A DNA stretch of 29,386 nt, taken from contig CAZYYS010000023.1 in NCBI GenBank assembly GCA_964651015.1, positions 1 to 29,386 of the forward strand, read 5' to 3'. The position numbers were made by a program, and so were the translations under genes. Each line of letters starts with the position of its first letter. Positions within the stretch are counted from its first letter, which is position 1. The DNA is from an uncultured Verrucomicrobiota bacterium (lineage in GTDB: Bacteria; Verrucomicrobiota; Verrucomicrobiia; Limisphaerales; PALSA-1396). Positions 25,977-29,386 of this stretch are shown piece by piece. The notes below the pieces were generated by a model. That model had not been told where the DNA came from. It did not search any database and worked only from the letters and a program-made list of their open reading frames with translations.

Positions 25977-26798
25977 TCACTTCCTCGCTTTCTGCAAATA
26001 CGGCTTTGGACGAATTCGCGGTGGCAAGGGCACGGGCTTCGGCCTCGAGTCCATTTTCGGCGGCGGTTCCGGTGCTGGCGGTTCAACCAAGTGAAGTTCC
26101 TTCATCCATTCTGTTGGGGCTGGATTGATCTCGCCGATTTTTGTTTCGGGAAACTTCATCTCGCCAATCTCAAGTGTCGGCGAGAAAGCCCCACCGCCCA
26201 ACGCTTCAGTCGGTTGGCTCGCCTGCAGAGAAACGTTCGCAGAGCTTTGGAACGATTGGTAGCCGTTCACCAGCCATTCCAGCTTGCCGGTTGTGATGTC
26301 CACTAGCAATCCATGAACCGGGATATTAGGGCCGATAAGCGGACTGCGACGGACGAACTCAGCCGCCTTGATCACATTCTGCCGCTCACTGGCAAACAGG
26401 CCAAAGTATTCGTTCAAGTTTTCGGGCAACCGGGATCGGTCGATGCCGAGTGCGCGAAAACGATCAGTCAGTTGCATCATCGTTGTTTTGGCGACCTTGC
26501 AATCGGTATGACCGATGATGACAATCTCCTTGCCGCCCTTTATCGCACAAGCCAGGGCAAGCGACCGCATGGTGCTGCTCAATGGGCCGGTGATGATGTT
26601 GCCCGCATTGCGCAGCCAGATGAAATCCGCCTCCGTGATCCCGAGCACTTCGGGAATAAGCGGGCCGAGTCGCGGGTCAATGCACGTCAACGCCGCCACC
26701 GGTAACGCGTCCGCGAACTCAGACGGATGCAGACCCGCAGTCTGATCGCCGGCGAGTGCGCGATGATTGGCATCAATAATGGCTTCAAAGAGGCGCAT
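25977..26798 (-). CDS. beta-class carbonic anhydrase with a Pro-rich C-terminal extension
   Basis: Zinc-ligand motifs C-I-D-P-R (CxDxR) and H-T-D-C (HxxC) are present (ALTCIDPRL ... IIGHTDCKV). The roughly 70-aa tail is proline-rich (PAPEPPPKMDSRPKPVPLPPRIRPKP). The start overlaps the upstream gene by 14 nt. Confidence 0.75.
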   Translation of the reverse strand: MRLFEAIIDANHRALAGDQTAGLHPSEFADALPVAALTCIDPRLGPLIPEVLGITEADFIWLRNAGNIITGPLSSTMRSLALACAIKGGKEIVIIGHTDCKVAKTTMMQLTDRFRALGIDRSRLPENLNEYFGLFASERQNVIKAAEFVRRSPLIGPNIPVHGLLVDITTGKLEWLVNGYQSFQSSANVSLQASQPTEALGGGAFSPTLEIGEMKFPETKIGEINPAPTEWMKELHLVEPPAPEPPPKMDSRPKPVPLPPRIRPKPYLQKARK

Positions 26799-27480
26799 GA
26801 CTCAGCTCGCTCAACTCTTTCAACTCGCTCCGCAATTCCGCCGTCAGACTCAATCCTTTCTCCAGAAAAAGAACACCTTCGATGCTGCGGAGTTGTCCAA
26901 ACCAACTTTCCCACCCTGCGCTCCGCAATTCTTCGTAGGGCACGGTCGCGTCGCAACTTGCCAGAAAGGTGATCAATTCCGCGCAACCGGTTTCATCCAG
27001 TCGCGCCAACCGCATCGACTCGCGCCACAGATTCCAGGCGCCCGTCACCAGACGCGGGCTACTCAACAAAATGTCAGCGACCATGTTGGCGGAAGCACCG
27101 GGATAGGCCAGCATGAACGCCAGACCGGCGGCAGCACCTGCGTGATATTGCAACCCTGGCGCTGAGACATAATCCCTTTTCGGATAATCGCCCCAATGCC
27201 ATTGGCTGGTCCTGAAATGCTGGATGAACAACAGAACAACGAACACTCCGCTCCCGGCGAGTCGCCATTCGTGCGAGAGGCGCAGCTTTCGGCTAAGGAT
27301 CAATTCGGATACGGCCGAAATGCCCTGGCAACCGATGTAGATTATTGCGTAGGTAAACCAGAATGTCAGGAACAACACGACGACTCCGGCAAACAGTGCC
27401 AGTAATGCCAGCAGCCCACGTGACATCGCGCCTGAAGTCTTTTTCTTCCTCAGCCATGCTTTGATGACGTCCGCACTCAT
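26785..27480 (-). CDS. hypothetical membrane protein (231 aa)
   Basis: ATG at 27480 and hydrophobic helices (LLALLALFAGVVVLFLTFWFTYAIIYIG; VFVVLLFIQHF; AAGLAFMLAYPGA). Lies in the flotillin cluster. Confidence 0.55.
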   Translation of the reverse strand: MSADVIKAWLRKKKTSGAMSRGLLALLALFAGVVVLFLTFWFTYAIIYIGCQGISAVSELILSRKLRLSHEWRLAGSGVFVVLLFIQHFRTSQWHWGDYPKRDYVSAPGLQYHAGAAAGLAFMLAYPGASANMVADILLSSPRLVTGAWNLWRESMRLARLDETGCAELITFLASCDATVPYEELRSAGWESWFGQLRSIEGVLFLEKGLSLTAELRSELKELSELSHAPL

Positions 27481-27543
27481 CGTATGTTAGATTTGGCATT
27501 ACCGAATTCATTCTGCTACATCGCCCTTTAAGACGCGCAGACT

Positions 27544-27771
27544 TCAAGCGCCGACCGTTTGATTTTTCTTCGGCCGTCCGATGAAACAATAAAGCAGTGC
27601 ACCGAAGAAATGAAGGAACACAATTGCCAGCACCCAGCCAATTGTTTCGCCATCGCTCAAGCCTTTGTTCAGAATCGCATGGACCAGCATCCAGATCCAA
27701 AACCCCATGAATACCGGGAGTAGAAACAAAATAAGGACTATTTCCCAACCACCTAACAATGCGGCAAACAT
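27544..27771 (-). CDS. PLDc_N-domain small membrane protein (cardiolipin-synthase N-terminal-like, 75 aa)
   Basis: Two TM helices and the characteristic WVLAIVFLHFFGALLYCFIGRP motif. TGA stop at 27544-27546. Confidence 0.65.
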   Translation of the reverse strand: MFAALLGGWEIVLILFLLPVFMGFWIWMLVHAILNKGLSDGETIGWVLAIVFLHFFGALLYCFIGRPKKNQTVGA

Positions 27772-27792
27772 ATTTTTCCTCTCGCTTGAAAT

Positions 27793-29325
27793 TTACTTTT
27801 CACTTGCCTCACTCTTCCCCATCGCCTCCTTGAGCGCGGGAACCTGTTCCAGCAACTTCTCAAACTTCACGCCGGTCAAACTCTCCAAAACCGGCGGTAA
27901 TTGGGCGATGATCTGCGTTACGTCGCCAGTCAACTTGCTCGCACCACCGCCGGGGCCGTTGCCGGAGTTGATGATGACCATCTTCTCCGTCTTCGCCAGC
28001 GGCTCGCTGATGCGACCCGCAATTTCCGGCAGCACTTTAACGAGCAGTTCAATGACGGCCGCCTGATTGTATTCCTGGAAGGCTTCGGCTTTCAGGCGCG
28101 TGGCCTCGGCAGTCGCCTTGCCCTGCGCCATGATGATGTCGGCTTGCGCGAGTCCTTTGGCCTTGTTCGCCTCGGCTTCCGCGATACCAGTGGCTTTGTT
28201 CACATCGGCACCAGCGAAGCCAGTCGCCTTCGCCGCCGATGCGGCGCCGGCAGCCTCGGTTTCGAGCTGGAACTTGCGCGCGTTGGCCAGCGTTTCGACT
28301 TTGTATCGCTCGGCGTCAGCGGGCTTTTGAACTGTCGCTTCCAACTCGCGTTGTTTGCGGAGGATTTCCTGTTGTTGCAGTTCAATCTGCTTCTGCTTCT
28401 CTACGATATTGACCTGCACTTCTTCCGCCTTCACGAGCTGACCGGTCTTGAACTTCTGCAAATCATACGCGAGGTCGGATTCGGCCTTCTTCTGGTTCAC
28501 AGCCGCCTGGTATTGCGCCACGTTAGATTGGTAGTCGCGCTGCGCCTCGGCGATTTTAGTATCGGCGGCGAACTTGGCTTCTTGTCCGGCTTGCGTGGCT
28601 TGCGAGGAACGGATCATCGCGTCGCGGTCCGCTTCAGCCTGAGCGATCACAGCGTCACGCTTGACTTGAGCAATGCGCGGTTTGCCGAGCGCATCGAGGT
28701 AGCCTTGCGTGTCGCGGATGTCGCGGATGGTGAAGCTCACGATGCCAAGTCCCATATTCGCCATGTCGCCCGCGGCGACTTCCTGCACTTTTGACGCGAA
28801 GGCGTCGCGGTTCTGGTAAATCTCTTCGACAGTCATCGTGCCAAGAATCGCGCGCAAGTGGCCTTCAAGCGTCTGCATGGCGATGTTCTTGATTTCATCC
28901 ACGCCCTTGCTGAGAAACTGCTCAGAAGCGGTGGCGATGGAGATGTCATCACCCTTGACTTTGATCTGTGCAACACCGTCCACCTTCACCGGCACGCCTT
29001 TGCTCGTATAGACCTCCGGCGTCTGCACATCGATCGTGAGCAATTCGAGCGACAGGACATCCACTTTCTCAATGACCGGAACGACGAATGTGCCGCCGCC
29101 TTTGACGATACGAAAGCCGCGCAGGCTTACCGCGCCATCAGGATCAGTGAACTTGTGCTTGCGCCCGGAGACAACGAGGACTTCGTTCGGACCGACCTTG
29201 GTATAACGGCTGGCCCATACCATGATGAAGATGAAGATGACTATGACGATGCCAACGATGGCAACGGCGGCAGTGCCCCAACCACCGGGTATGTTCAATT
29301 GAGCGAGTAGCGTTGATGCGTTCAT
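27793..29325 (-). CDS. flotillin-family protein (SPFH/band-7 domain plus long Ala/Glu-rich coiled-coil region)
   Basis: N-terminal TM helix (AAVAIVGIVIVIFIFIMVWA). SPFH core (YTKVGPNEVLVVSG ... LELLTIDVQTPEVYTSKGVPVKVDGVAQIKV). EA-repeat coiled coil (ETEAAGAASAAKATGFAGADVNKATGIAEAEANKAKGLAQAD). ATG at 29325. Confidence 0.9.
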   Translation of the reverse strand: MNASTLLAQLNIPGGWGTAAVAIVGIVIVIFIFIMVWASRYTKVGPNEVLVVSGRKHKFTDPDGAVSLRGFRIVKGGGTFVVPVIEKVDVLSLELLTIDVQTPEVYTSKGVPVKVDGVAQIKVKGDDISIATASEQFLSKGVDEIKNIAMQTLEGHLRAILGTMTVEEIYQNRDAFASKVQEVAAGDMANMGLGIVSFTIRDIRDTQGYLDALGKPRIAQVKRDAVIAQAEADRDAMIRSSQATQAGQEAKFAADTKIAEAQRDYQSNVAQYQAAVNQKKAESDLAYDLQKFKTGQLVKAEEVQVNIVEKQKQIELQQQEILRKQRELEATVQKPADAERYKVETLANARKFQLETEAAGAASAAKATGFAGADVNKATGIAEAEANKAKGLAQADIIMAQGKATAEATRLKAEAFQEYNQAAVIELLVKVLPEIAGRISEPLAKTEKMVIINSGNGPGGGASKLTGDVTQIIAQLPPVLESLTGVKFEKLLEQVPALKEAMGKSEASEK

Positions 29326-29386
29326 GATGAGTAGTAGTTTTGAATTGGTTCGGAGTTGGGAAGCAAAACTAACCTGCAGTCACATA

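Noticed and set aside
25357-26086. Plus-strand ORFs 25357-25839 and 25364-25834, and minus-strand ORF 25685-26086
   Set aside because: Arg-rich or out-of-frame. The minus-strand frame with the TM helix and the TAG-joined continuation is the protein-like one.
27901-28794. 297-aa plus-strand ORF
   Set aside because: Antisense to the flotillin gene (Leu/Arg-rich mirror of the Ala/Glu coiled-coil region).
1-29386. Search for tRNA, rRNA, CRISPR arrays, integrase or transposase
   Set aside because: No 25-40 nt direct-repeat arrays with regular spacers, no recognisable rRNA segments, and no DDE or tyrosine-recombinase-like ORFs were found. tRNAs cannot be excluded without a covariance scan, but no convincing cloverleaf candidate was seen in the intergenic regions.

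Overview
This 29.4 kb window reads as a chromosomal segment from a PVC-superphylum bacterium, most likely Verrucomicrobia or Planctomycetes-like. That rests on a DUF1559 prepilin-type protein with a [16 protein letters not shown]-terminus and on a 1.7k-aa secreted multidomain protein with ThuA, beta-propeller dehydrogenase, HEAT repeats, a CXXCH cytochrome c and a second ThuA domain, which is typical of that group. GC is roughly 55-60% with one islet near 45%.

Gene order:
- 2-1054 (+): partial Gfo/Idh/MocA oxidoreductase C-terminus that reads through, with no stop, into a tandem Clp_N domain.
- 1133-1360 (-): small DUF3253-like protein.
- 1609-2571 (+): sugar-phosphate isomerase/epimerase (TIM barrel).
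- 2980-3873 (+): DUF1559 pseudopilin-like protein.
- 3922-9102 (-): giant ThuA-dehydrogenase-HEAT-cytochrome c protein.
- 9277-14973 (+): two-component module with a Reg_prop/Y_Y_Y periplasmic sensor kinase and a REC-wHTH regulator, followed by an MsbA-like ABC exporter.
- 15381-16466 (+): two membrane proteins flanked by a recurring GATWGGCTGCA motif.
- 16791-21943 (+): tight operon of mlaE, mlaF, mlaD, a YacL-like PIN-TRAM protein, DUF2007 and a GlcD-like FAD oxidase.
- 21944-22961: low-GC islet with a small pilin-like protein.
- 22962-23987 (+): DAG-kinase-family lipid kinase.
- 24067-25218 (+): dGTPase-like HD hydrolase.
- 25231-29325 (-): cluster of flotillin, PLDc_N mini-protein, membrane protein, beta-carbonic anhydrase and a TM-anchored hypothetical.

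Most notable observations:
- Two conserved-looking genes are each interrupted by an in-frame TAG (PIN-TRAM at 20050-20052; membrane protein at 25510-25512).
- A 60-bp perfect palindromic REP/MITE-like element sits in-frame inside the lipid kinase gene.
- The oxidoreductase and Clp_N are joined with no stop codon.
- The low-GC pilin-like islet lies between two core genes.
- A tandem heptamer repeat lies inside the ABC exporter linker.

No rRNA, tRNA, CRISPR array, transposase or integrase could be recognised.
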